A DNA stretch of 64,000 nt, taken from positions 310,001-374,000 of the forward strand of contig NW_003314271.1 of the NCBI RefSeq assembly GCF_000143415.4, given 5' to 3'. Origin of the DNA: Selaginella moellendorffii. Lineage: Eukaryota > Plantae > Lycopodiophyta. Each line of letters opens with the position of its first letter. Positions within the stretch are counted from its first letter, which is position 1. The notes below the pieces were generated by a model, which saw only the letters and a program-made list of their open reading frames with translations, made no database searches and was not told where the DNA came from. A program made the position numbers and the translations under genes. Positions 38,355 to 50,317 of this stretch are shown here, piece after piece.

Positions 38355-38900
38355 GTGACAAGCCAATTGCTGAGAAGCCTGCTGGACTTCATGCATCACG
38401 TCGCAAGCCTCGGGCTGGGACTCGTGAGATTAGACATTTGCCAGGAGTCCGAGAGGCATACAGATGTTATGGACGCCATCAGAAATCATCTCGGCCTGGG
38501 TAACTACAGAAGCTAGCGAGCAACGAAGAGGCAAGAATGACTGCTCACAGAGCTCCGCAGCAAGAGATCACTCTTTGGTGCTGATCTTCATATGACTGAA
38601 AAGGTCCAGGATGTGCTAGGCACATTCTACGTTATATCCGATTTGCCACCCGACTGCTTTGGAGCCTACGTGAAGTGATGCATGAAGTCCAGCAGGCTTC
38701 TCAGCAATTGGATGATTTCTGATGGCGTCCATAACATCGTCCAATGTTTTCACAGTTGAGCTTTTGCAACAAGAGTGTCGGGTGAGCAAGCCACTGCGGG
38801 TGTTGAGAAGCTCGCGGATTTAGAAGAAGCTCTAGCAGCCATGGATCGCCTCTTTTTGATCAACTGGTATCGTAGTCACAGCAATGGGAAGCAGGGGTTA
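38355..38900 (+). pseudogene. Phosphoenolpyruvate carboxylase internal fragment
   Basis: [35 protein letters not shown]; [11 protein letters not shown]; VELLQQECRVSKPLRV; EKLADLEEALAAMDRLF.INWY...NGKQ; stops and frameshifts present. Confidence 0.85.
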
Positions 38901-39165
38901 CTCCAACTCTGGAAAAGATACAGGGAGATTATGTGCTGCTTGGCAACAGTTCCAGACGCAGGGGAAAAAAAAGAGAGAAGTTTTATCAAGGCCTTTCCGA
39001 TGTAATTGCCTTGGATGATTGGATGTGCCATCTTGCAAATCATGGATTGTTTTCTTCTCCTCAATCGCTTCTTCCCTCAGATGGACAAGCTTATGGCGGC
39101 TGAGGGTAAGATGAGAACAAGCAATATGTACTTACCCAGATTCTTTAGTGTAGTTAAGGTTACAG

Positions 39166-39655
39166 GGTGATGCTGCTGGCTACGATCTTGTAGTGGTGGA
39201 TGCCATGCACAAAGAAAATTTTGCAAGTTCTCATGCAAGGCAAATTGTGGGGCAGAGTAGAATCGAATCAGTTCGATGGGGTTTGCTAGGGTGACTGCTG
39301 TCAATGGCCAATACATCATTGGAGTATGCTCTATGACCAATACAGAACAAATTTTCAATTATAATCCTGTGCAGGGAAGGAGGTGAAGTTTGCTCTTTTC
39401 CTCTTTATGATTGTGCAAGAATGACTCATTGTCTTACAGAGAAAAGAGGAGTACAATAATTCATTGTGTTTATGTGGAAGCCAGTATTGTCATGGGAGCT
39501 ATCTTAATCTTGGAGTGGAGATTCACAAGATGTTATCAAGGAGTGGCATCATCCGGTATGTGTTACTTCTGACAAAGTTGGAGCTTGAAGAGATGAGACG
39601 GGGTGTTAGATCTTGCCTACTAAACGGTCAGTTGGAAATATGGCCTGACTGGTAT
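39166..39655 (+). pseudogene. SDG2/ATXR3-type SET/post-SET histone methyltransferase fragment
   Basis: GDAAGYDLVVVDAMHKENFAS; VTAVNGQYIIG; KEEYNNSLCLCGSQYCHGSYLNL; CLLNG...PDW; reading frame broken. Confidence 0.75.
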
Positions 39656-40699
39656 GTTCTAAGGTTTAAACTTGGATGCCAACTCACATTTTTATAGGTG
39701 GAGTTTATGAATCTGGATACTGCCTCCAAGAAGAGGGAAAAAGATGCCAATTTCTCTTATGGAGTTGACACCAAGAACTAGGTTTGAAATTACATCAAAG
39801 GAGACTTTAAGAGTTTGTAACCCATACAGGCCGAGGGTCAAACATTGCTATCATGCTTGACAGGGTAAATGTTCCTTTTTTTTCTTTTTCTATTTTTAAT
39901 TTTCTGTATTCTTCTTTTGGTGATGGAGTTTTCTTCTGCTGGTTTCAAGTGTATCCTACAGCAATTGTTCATAGATTCTTGGGAGGCATCACCACTTTGA
40001 AAAAGTTTGACTATAAGGGACTCATTTCACAACTGTGGAGTGGAGAGAACTTGATTGTGAACAAGCTCCTTAGCTATATGATGACACACATCCTGCTGGA
40101 TAGACTGGCTCAGCAGGTTCAAGAGCATGTGCCAGATGAAAGGGACAATGGGGAAGTCTCCAGGAGCAGACCTGGTTCATATGTACACATATACTTAGTG
40201 CTTCTTTATGTGAATGGTATGTGTTGCTATGGTTAGTGTTCATCATTTCATCACACATATTTTATTGGAGGAATAAGGCACCTTTGAGTCCTCCAGTAGA
40301 AATAAGCTCCCTGGATCTTGGCAAGCATGTCATTCTACCTCTAGGAGCAACTTCCAAGTGCTTAATATGGCTTGGAGGCAGTGTCGATTGTAGTTGTGGA
40401 AGAAAATAGTTCTACAGAAACGCTACAAAGAATCGATTGTAGTTCTCAGATTCTACAGACTTCTAGAGTTCCATCAAATATTGGTGAGAAAAGAGATTTA
40501 CAATCCACACTTCATGATGATGTTCTCTAGACCTCCTTTCAAGGCATCTAGCAAGCTGGCTAGAAATCTGTGTTGGCACTGTAAAAAAGAGTCCTTCCAC
40601 TTTCAGACTAGAAGGAAAACTTTCCCACTCTCAAAATGCAAATTCTTGCACTACATCGTAATGTCAAGTTGTAGTTTTAACTGGCTTTCAATATGCTTA

Positions 40700-41022
40700 T
40701 GAAAGCATTGGCTTTGTCAATGCTCCTGTCAATTGTGCTAGCAGCGATGGTGAAAATCCAGGGTGCAGCATTGATCACCTGCATCGTCCAGATACCAAAG
40801 TTTCCAGCCCCGGCCGCCACCGCGACGCCCTTCTCCACCGCGTGGTAAGCTCCGATCGCCAACCCATCCAAGCTATACTTCACCGCGGGTCCTCCGATGG
40901 AGACGGATATCACGTCCACTCCATCGCCCACCGCGGCGTCATACCCCGCGAGGATGTCCGATTCTTCGCAGCCAATCCCCCAGCAAACCTTGTAGATGGC
41001 GAGGCGTGCGAGAGGCACGCCA
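40700..41022 (-). pseudogene. Subtilisin-like (S8) protease fragment
   Basis: PLARLAIYKVCW..DILAGYDAAVGDGVDVISVSIG..AGNFG..NAAPWIFTIAASTIDR; the Asp/His/Ser catalytic segments are not seen in the flanks. Confidence 0.85.
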
Positions 41023-44000
41023 TGGTATCCTCCTTATTTAAAGTTGCTATTTTTGGCATTGATGCATTATAATATCCTATAATGCTTGATATGGATGGCT
41101 AGGATCATTGGCAAAACGTTGGCCCCATTTGAATTCTGCCTCTTTGTAGTCTTTAGGGTAAAACCACTGGTTCCCATTATTTCATGCCAAGAACGACAGC
41201 TTTTAGAACGAGCTAAGATGCATTGTTCTTCTTTGAAGATCTATCTACTGTTTTTATTTCCTCATTCCCAATCTGTTGTCGTGGAGATTGATTTGCTATA
41301 GTTTTATTGCTTTCAAAGGTTTTATTGAGTAGCAATATTACATATCTGAATGAAAAGAAGAGAGGAAAAACTGAAAGAAGATGAGTTACAGGTGAAGGAT
41401 AAAAGAAGACAGCAGAGATCTGATGGCCTTTTGCGAGATCTGTCAGCTAATCACATTTTCAAGAAATTGGGGTGAAAATATTTTCCTCAAAAGATTCAAG
41501 AGGATAAGTCTCTTCTTTGTGGCTGAGATCCAGGAACAAACCTTGGAGATTTCTGATGGCCGAACGGTGTCCACACCTTAGACTTGCCTCTCCTAGTGTA
41601 AATTGACTTATCACAAGGAGTGAATCCTGCTTTGAAGTCACTGCCTCTACTGGATGAAACTCAAACATGAGAAGACACTGAAAAGGTAGGCTTGCCAAGT
41701 ACATTGTAGAGGTTGTTTGTAAGTCCCAAATGTTTCTCATCATAGGTCTTTGGAGGACATGCATAAATTTTTATGACCATGAACCAAACCATGAGAACAG
41801 CAGCATTATCAAGAAGAGTTACAGTCCAGCATTTAATTTGCCTCACTTCTGGCACAAGACAATAAAGTTGTTAACAATTCCTCTTCGCTTTTTTTTATAG
41901 ATAAGTTCTGTTTGCAAAGCAATGCAAAGCATTAAGAGCTTGCTGGAAACTATGATTATTTACTAAATTTCCAAGAAGGCATGAGATTCATGCTGATTAC
42001 ATCAAGTAACAATCAGGTAAGCCTTTAGTGTTATTGCTCATGGGTCATGATCTCCCTTATCTTGAGTTTAGAGAAGCCTGCAAGCATCACCAGATTGTGA
42101 GAACTCAGCCAACTATGTATGTCTTTGGAGACTGCCATTATAAGTACTTTTTCTTTAAATTTTATATAATCTGCACTGCTATAGTTTTTGTGAATGACAT
42201 TTTCAAGACCCCAGGTTCCTCCTTTTCCTCCATCTTTCTGAAAATCAATGCAGACAATTTCAAGATTGGCAAGGTGCTGGAATCGATAGTAAAGCTTGCC
42301 ATTGTGTAGCTGCGTGTTCTTCTCCAGGACAATATGTTCTTCTCTAGAAGGTTTTTCATGCTCAAAGGGCGATGCAACGCTTTTGGTGGTAGGCATTCGT
42401 GTATGCAACTAGACAACACACTCTATGTTTGCCACTAGCAATATAACCCATTGTGCTTTAGATTGAAGGCTGCAAAGTAAACTCGTCTTACCAATATGGC
42501 TGCTTGGCCACTTCTCATGGAAAATATATGCTTATGAAAAGTTTTCTTTCCTTACATGTAGTAAAGAATAAAGTATTGTTACTATTGGTGTTTGGGAGTA
42601 GCTAAAGTATTATAAGGTATTGGGAATTTTTTATTTTATTTGGACAATACTCTAAAGCTCTATTCACGGGGTGGTGCAGTTATAGAAACCTAGTAACACT
42701 TGAATTATTGTTTGTCTTTTAAAATTAACAGTTTCTGCCAGGTAAGTCTATAAGATATTCATAATGCCAAAGATATCTGGAAAGATTAGACTTAAAGAAA
42801 TTTTCTCCTTACAATTTTAATTAAAAACTATTCACTCCAGAAAGAGGGAAATTAATTATAGATTAAAATTTAAAAAGAGTTATATATTTTCAAACGAAGA
42901 TACACATTATCATGGATTATGATGTTAGATTGATAAACTTGGTCTCATCTACAATTATACAAAATATCTATTACACATTACCTTCAATCTATCAATTGCC
43001 TATAAAATGTAAGAATACAAGGACATAAGTTTGAAACTTGATATATTCTAAACATTACATATAACTAGTTTATAAATTTGGATAAAAGAGATTTTAAGCT
43101 TGGTTTAAAGTTATAAAAACACTATCTACATGTAAAAAAGCTGATTATATACTTCTTGAATTTATTTAATGATAACTCTTGAAATTGACTCCATATTTAT
43201 TTTCATATTAGATTTAAATTCTAGAATTTAGATTAGCATTTCAAAGGTAGCAATTAGGAGCGAATGGTTCTCCTTGGCAGTGGTAGTGGACTATAAGTCT
43301 CTCTTGGGAGTGATCTCTTCTCTACATGAACACTGTGTGTATGTTATTTTAACAATTATAATGTTGTGCAAGAACTACAAGAAAAAGGTAAAGCTGTAAT
43401 TTAGGCTTTTTTCACTAGGCTCTAAGTGATTTCTAAATCAAAGCATGTGATATTAAGCTATGCTCAGATGAGAGCAAAGTCAATCAATGCTTTTTCATCA
43501 ATTAATCAAAGAAGAATGAGCATTTAGCATGTGGGTGCAGAGTGAAGGCTATAGAGATAACAAATATATGATGGTAAGCTTCTGGGGATTTCATCTCAAT
43601 TGTTCATTAATGGAGAGTAAATCCTATTTCCAGTCCTATGTAGTAAATAATCTTTTAAAACTGTCAATATTTCCTGCTATGGTAGTTGAAGAAGCAACTT
43701 GGTTCTCATCTATTTTGGAGTGCTCTGAATAATTTCATTTGAAGTGCAAAGTTATCTTTCTATATTGGCTGAGGATTTGGATGCTAGATATGACTTTGAT
43801 TTGCTTTCCTTTAAGCACTGACTATTAGTGCCACTTATTCCTTTAATCTAAGGGCTCTATTCTGTTTCTGAGTAATCCATGTAATTGTAAAAGTTTGTCT
43901 TTACTTTTCAAACTGTTTTATAATTTTGTAATAGCTAAATTTGCGGTACTTTAGGCAATGAGAATGTTGGCCAGTGGATTGATTATGCCCTCAGTAGATG

Positions 44001-45044
44001 CAAGAGGAAAAATTCTTGCTTGATCCGTGTGTATAGTGGTGATGGCCAGGAAGAGCTGGCTTTTGGTCCAGGAGATGTAAGAAGATAAGAAAAGTTATTA
44101 ATTCTATTTTGTGAATATAATGCAGCAGCCTGGAGAGTTCAACTTCAAGAGCATGAGCACCGTGACTATCCTATGATGGGAAAATACAACAAAATAGCAA
44201 AATGGTATGCATCCATCCCTCTGCTGGTTTAGTTTCATTAATTTTCACAGGCCAACACTAGGTGAAGATTGTGTGAGGATATAATTGTTGGGACATTAAT
44301 CACAATAACAATAACCCTGGCTTGAAACAGGAGAAGGCTTCTAACTCCTAAGCTACTGTTTTCCATTGCATTGCAGTTAGCATGTAGAGCGATGTATTGA
44401 AGACCATGTATGCTTACTGTGAATAAGTACTTTGTTTATCAAGTTCTTGTATACTTCTTCTTTTTTATTTTCAGGCTAAGGCCAGTGGCACAACTAGAAA
44501 ATGAAAAGCCTTCATGAAAAAGCCACCAAGCATCTTCTATATGAGGTTCATCTTTTATTGTTTTTGTCTCTTCCTTTCAATAGTTTCAGCATGTTAAAAA
44601 CTCAAAAAACCAGGAAGGTGTTGCTACTTTACCTAGTTGTAGAAAAATTTGACTTACATGGCTTTACTGTAGTGAGTCCATCCATCTGCTGCAGCAAGAA
44701 TTCTTGGTGGTGAGAAAAAGAGCTAAGTTTTGTGTAGGTATAGGCTACCATACCATAGGCTCCCAAACTGCATGCAAGTAATAGAATTGTTGCACCACAA
44801 ATTTATGATCACAATGGTGATATTTTGTCATGTAATGGGCGAAGTTTGAGACCTGGAGGATGAGAATGTGTTTTGGACCAAGCCTCCACCACCAGAAGGT
44901 GGCACATTGTGGAAAAGATGAGGAAATACTGTTATAGTTTTAACAGCTTATTTTTAACTAGCAACATTTAATATATCATATAAAACTTTTCTTTCTTAAA
45001 TTAATATTCTAAAATTCATATTAATAGAATATATTATATAATAT

Positions 45045-45047
<3 letters not shown>

Positions 45048-45113
<66 letters not shown>
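45048..45113. repeat. (TA)33 microsatellite
   Basis: Uninterrupted TA dinucleotide run. Confidence 0.95.
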
Positions 45114-45117
<4 letters not shown>

Positions 45118-46177
45118 TAAACATAATTTTTTATGATAATCCATATTTTTATTTATAATTTTACTTGTGTTTACATCTCAATTCTTATTACATTTTAATA
45201 TAGCCAATTATGTAATTTTAAATATGTCCTCTATTTGTTTCTTTATGTTTTATATCTATTTTCTTGGTTTTATGTAATTTCTCTCTAGATAGCCTCAATC
45301 TAATTCATAATTCACTTATCGTTTTCATTTCATTTTATTCATAGTGAAAATTAAAAACATAACAATCTCATCTTATGATAAAATGACACATTCCTGATCT
45401 TTTTTATGCTTTCCTCACTATCAATTGTTTGATAGTACTCTATCAGCTGCTAAAGTCATGATATGTTAATAATTCACAAGTATTGGTTTAAAGTTTTTGG
45501 TCTTTCTACATAGCATAAAGTAATAATGAGTTTTCTACATTCAAGGCAAGCTTTACTTATCTAGGGATTTGATAATAGTATTGACAAGGAGCATATCTTC
45601 TGAAATTATAATTTTTTAAAAGATTAAGAGTCACAGGTTTAGATTAAGAGACCCCAGCTCATTGTCTTTTATTTGTGACCACAGCTCATCAGGTTTATCT
45701 CTTAGCTGGGTCTGATTCTTAACCAATTCAAGAGGAAGCTTATGATTTTTCCCTTTTTGATTTTACGTTTTGGTGATGGCCAGGGATTTCATGTTGCTGC
45801 CAAACTCCTGTCACTCTAAATATTGCTCTAGAACTCAGGCAATAGCACTTTAGTGATGGATCTCAAGCTAGTTATTATTATTGTTGTGCACTTATAATTA
45901 GATATTTATCAAAGAAATCATTTTTATTTGAAATATGAAAAAGGAAATAGAAAAATAACCTTCCTATAATGTCAAATCCAATAATAAATTTTATATAATC
46001 CCAACTCTGTTCTTATTAGCATACCAAGTCCAACTTCCTCTCACTCTTATGTCACTATTGCTGTTGGAATTGGTGACTTCTCAGATGATTTCTACAACAG
46101 ATTTAAGTTCTTTACTAGATATTAAGATAGAGTTAAGACACTAGTAAGAATAAAATAATGCTTTCGTTTTAGGGTTT

Positions 46178-49036
46178 ATGCGAGTATGTACGGCTATGGA
46201 GATCCGGGCGCCAGGCGCGGCTCAAGCGCTAGAAATCTACGTGGAGGCGCGAGCAGCGGGCAAAATGCCGACTGCCTCCCAGGTAATCGCGGCATTCAAG
46301 GCGTGCGGCAGCCTCAATCGGCTAGATACTGGCAGGGAAATCCACGCGCAGCTCCTCCAAGAATCTGTGGTGATGATCCATCGAAATACCTGCGTCGCCA
46401 CGACCCTGGTGGATATGTACGCCAAATGCGGCAGCCTTGGGGAGGCGATCCAGATCTTCCAGACGATGCAATGCCGCCGGAGCGTCGTGACTTGGAATTG
46501 TATCATCCTGGGATACGCTCACGCTGGCGACTTCCATCAGGCGCTAGAGCTTTACTCCAGGATGGATTGCCCGCCGAATCACGTAACGTTCTTGGCAGCG
46601 CTCAAGGCTTGCATTGGTGTGGCCGGAGAAGGAGAGAAAGTGAAAAAAGAAGAAGGCGGTGGTGGTGTGGAAAGAATCCAGTGCCTGGAGAAGATTAGAG
46701 CGCTACACAGGGAAGCTACACGGGAGATGGTCTCTGGAATTCACATCTTCGTGGCCAACAGCTTGATCACGGCCTACTCCAAGTGTGGAAGTTTACGGGA
46801 GGCTTTGGATGTTTTCAAAGGAATGAAAGAGCACAGCGTGGTTTCATGGACGGAGATCATCATGGCTTATGCCGGAAATGGAGGAGGAAAGATGGCTCTC
46901 CAACTTTACGATCAAATGCTGGAGCAGGGATTTTTTCCGAGCCGTGTAACTTTGCTGGCGGCTCTCAAGGCTTGCTGCTGCTCCAGTGTGACAGAGGAAG
47001 GGGCTGATAAGAGTTTTTATCTGGAAAGGGGAAAGGCAATTCACTCACGAGCTGCCAGAGATGGACACGACTCGCAAGTTCTCGTCGCGAGCAGCCTGGT
47101 GGACATGTATTTCAAGTGTAGGAGCTTGGTCGATGCTTTCACGGTTTTTGGGAGCATGGTGGATCCGACAGTGGTTTCCTGGAATTGTGTGATTATGGGG
47201 AACGTTCTCAGTGGAGAGGCCGGCCTCGCTTTGGATCTATATGGACAGATGCAAGAGCAAGGCTTTAAACCCGACGCTGCCACCTTTGTAGCGGCTTTGA
47301 AGGCGTGTATCAGCTTAGCAGGGAGAGAACAAGGCAAGCTCGTGAAGACAAAGTGTTTGGCTTTGGGAAGAACAATCCACAGTCAAGCGGCTGCTGCTAG
47401 TTCTGACGGCGAGCTCCACGTTTTTGTGGCAAACGGGCTGATCGACATGTATGCCAAGTGTAGGAGCATGACCGACGCTTGGAAAGTTTTCCAGAGCATG
47501 CCAGTGCGGAGTTTGGTGTCGTGGAACTGCGTCATTTTTGGATTTGCCGAGGCTGGTGATGGCAAGCGAGCGTTGCAGCTCTATCGCCAAATGCAAGACG
47601 AAGGCTGTTCTCCAAACCACGTCTCTTACATCGCTGCGCTCAAGGCTTGCGTGGCTCTGGTAGAGAGTTTGGATCTACAGCCAGCTGAAGACTCGAAGAT
47701 GGTGAAGCTGGAGTGTCTGCAAAGAGTGAAGGCGATCCACGGTCAAGCAGGACGTGATGAGTTGCACGGGCACAGATTTCTCGCAAATGCGATGGTTGCG
47801 GCGTATGCAAAGTGTGGCGGCTTAAAGAACGCTCGGGAGATTTTCGAAAGCTTGGGACGAGACAGGGACCTGGTGACTTGGAACTCGATGATTCTTGGTT
47901 ATGCCGAGAACGGGGATGGAAAAGAAGCCCTGAAGCTCTACGAGCAAATGGAGGACGAAGGCTGTGCTCCAGACGATCTTACCTTCGTAGCTGCTTTGAA
48001 AGCTTGCAGCAGCTTGGTGGACGAAGAAAACCAAGATGCAAGCAACGCAAATCTGCAAGAGAGAGTTGCAGCTATCCGGCGTCGAGCAGCAGCAGGAGGC
48101 CAGGGGCTCAGCGTCTTCGTAGCCAACACTCTGATCGATTTCTACGCGAGATGCCGGCTCATAGCAGAGTCCCGCGAAGTTTTCGAGAGCATGCGTGTTC
48201 GAAGCGTGGTCTCGTGGAACTGCATCATCCTGGGGCTGGCAGAGAATGGTTTGGGCAGGCAGGCACTGAGTTTCTACGCAAGAATGCGCGACGAAAACTT
48301 TGCTCCCGATACTGTCACCTTCATCGCGGCACTCAAGGCCTGTGGTAGCCTCGGGGACATGCAAGCTGGCAGTAAGATCCGGCTGGAGATCGTCAGCGCT
48401 GGGCTCGAGAAGGATGCCGCCGCAGCAAACTCTCTGGTCGACTTCTACGGCAAGTGTGGAAGCATGGGCGAAGCTCTGGAGGCGTTTGAGTCGATGGAGG
48501 AGAAGAGCACAGTCTCGTGGAACGCTCTCATGGATGGCTACAGCCGCCAGGGTGACTACGAGCGCGTTTTCCAGCTCTTTGAGAGGATGCAAGAGCTGCG
48601 CTTCCGGCCAAACGAGACGACGTTCCTCGTCCTTCTCAATGTGTGTTGTCACGCTGGATTGGTGGACACGGGGAAAGAGCTCTTCGAGGCTATGGCGAGC
48701 GGTCACGGCATCTCTCCCGGGTTGAAGCACTACAGCGCCATGGTTGACTTGTTTGGGAGAGCAAATCGCATGGACGAGGCAGTGAGGATGGTGAAGAGCA
48801 TGAGAGTGGAGCCGAATGCCGTGATTTGGATGACGCTGTTGGGGGCTTGTTGCAAGTGGAAAGATGTTTGCGTTGGGGAGTTTGCCTTTACTTCCGCTAT
48901 CAAGGTTTTGGTATCAGCAAGAGATGGAGAGATGTATGCTACAGCCTGTGTCATGATGTCAAACATTTATGCCAATGCTGGGCATTGCTTGCAGAAGAGA
49001 GTAACATTGCAAGGTACAGAAACAATATATGACTGA
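46178..49036 (+). CDS. PLS-class pentatricopeptide repeat protein with partial E domain, no DYW; intronless
   Basis: 952-aa ORF with repeated LVDMYAKCGS/VVSWNCxIxG/TFxAALKAC motifs; CCHAGLV, HYSAMVDLFGRAN, WMTLLGAC, MMSNIYANAG. Confidence 0.93.
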   Translation: MRVCTAMEIRAPGAAQALEIYVEARAAGKMPTASQVIAAFKACGSLNRLDTGREIHAQLLQESVVMIHRNTCVATTLVDMYAKCGSLGEAIQIFQTMQCRRSVVTWNCIILGYAHAGDFHQALELYSRMDCPPNHVTFLAALKACIGVAGEGEKVKKEEGGGGVERIQCLEKIRALHREATREMVSGIHIFVANSLITAYSKCGSLREALDVFKGMKEHSVVSWTEIIMAYAGNGGGKMALQLYDQMLEQGFFPSRVTLLAALKACCCSSVTEEGADKSFYLERGKAIHSRAARDGHDSQVLVASSLVDMYFKCRSLVDAFTVFGSMVDPTVVSWNCVIMGNVLSGEAGLALDLYGQMQEQGFKPDAATFVAALKACISLAGREQGKLVKTKCLALGRTIHSQAAAASSDGELHVFVANGLIDMYAKCRSMTDAWKVFQSMPVRSLVSWNCVIFGFAEAGDGKRALQLYRQMQDEGCSPNHVSYIAALKACVALVESLDLQPAEDSKMVKLECLQRVKAIHGQAGRDELHGHRFLANAMVAAYAKCGGLKNAREIFESLGRDRDLVTWNSMILGYAENGDGKEALKLYEQMEDEGCAPDDLTFVAALKACSSLVDEENQDASNANLQERVAAIRRRAAAGGQGLSVFVANTLIDFYARCRLIAESREVFESMRVRSVVSWNCIILGLAENGLGRQALSFYARMRDENFAPDTVTFIAALKACGSLGDMQAGSKIRLEIVSAGLEKDAAAANSLVDFYGKCGSMGEALEAFESMEEKSTVSWNALMDGYSRQGDYERVFQLFERMQELRFRPNETTFLVLLNVCCHAGLVDTGKELFEAMASGHGISPGLKHYSAMVDLFGRANRMDEAVRMVKSMRVEPNAVIWMTLLGACCKWKDVCVGEFAFTSAIKVLVSARDGEMYATACVMMSNIYANAGHCLQKRVTLQGTETIYD

Positions 49037-50141
49037 ATGAATATGTTGAGGAGGCATAAAAGTTTTTAAAGAGGCATCTTATCTGGCTGTCGATAGTCCC
49101 AATCCTATTCAAAGTGAGAAAAGATGAGAGACACTTAATCTTGATTCTTTGCTCAATTAAACTATAATGTATAACATTAAAAAATTGAAAACTTTAAATA
49201 GAAAAATTAATTCTTTATTTCCAGATTGTATTGTAGTAAAAAATATGCTTTATTATATTATAATTATCTTCATTAAAAAATGTCAATCAGAATGTACTTA
49301 ATTAATTAACTAAAATATAAAAATCTTTATATATGGAAATAAATATTGAAATATAGAATACTTTTATTTACTTTGTATTTTAATTAATAATTTATTCGTA
49401 ATATGGATTTTGAGTTTTTTTATTATCTTTTTAATATCACTGTTTTTTGGTTTTTGTTCAAGTAAGTATCTTTTAATAATATTTTAGCACAAAATAAATA
49501 TTTATATATAGTGAATTATGTACCAGCATGGAGTTATTATGGTGAGCCAGGATGTTGCATAAAAGATTTTTTTTTATATATTGTGAACAATGTTGTGAAT
49601 AATCAATTTAATTTAAAAGCCACTTTCTCCTAGATAAATTCGTATATAATAAACTTAACCCCCACATATCTATAACTTAGTTTAGTATTGGTTTATAATT
49701 AAAAAAAGAAAATAAACTTTAAAGTTTTATAAATATAGGAATGATAAAATTACACTTTATACTATTACTATGGTTTCAAAGTGTTACAAAGAACATTAAT
49801 ACCATAGTTTTTTATTATATTATTTTTAATATTTTATTATAAATTTAAAGGTTTTACTTATTTTATTCTCTTTAAGTAGTATATTTTTTATTTTTATAAA
49901 TAATCATAAATGTGTTTATCATGATTTTTTTACCATTGGGTAATGTATTACTAAAGTATATTTCAATTAACATTTTATTGGTAAACTGTATATATTTATA
50001 GTTAAATTAGAATTTTTAATTATAATGTTTTAAAAATTATTCAAATCAATAATATTTAATAATCTTCCTTAAAATATAAATTAAATAATTGGAAATAATG
50101 GATGACAAAATTATAGTCTTCCTTAACTTATACACTAGTAT

Positions 50142-50317
50142 TGTGAGTGCTTGGAATATGGAAAGGGAATATAGAAAATGTATATATCAATTAGCCCAAA
50201 AACCCTAGCTTATATACAGAAGCGATTGGTTCGGATTGAAACCAATCCGACGGCTACCAAAATCCCACTATGCTAATATTAATATACGGCATTGTAGCCG
50301 TACACTTGGCCCTCACA
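50142..50317 (-). repeat. 3' LTR (176 bp)
   Basis: TGTGAG...CTCACA termini; aligns ungapped to 54948-55123 with 16 mismatches by hand count (15 transitions). Confidence 0.92.

Noticed and set aside
47822-48730. 302-aa antisense ORF in the PPR gene (similar ones at 29659-30378 and 29907-30569)
   Set aside because: Shadow ORFs of a GC-rich coding sequence; no independent evidence.
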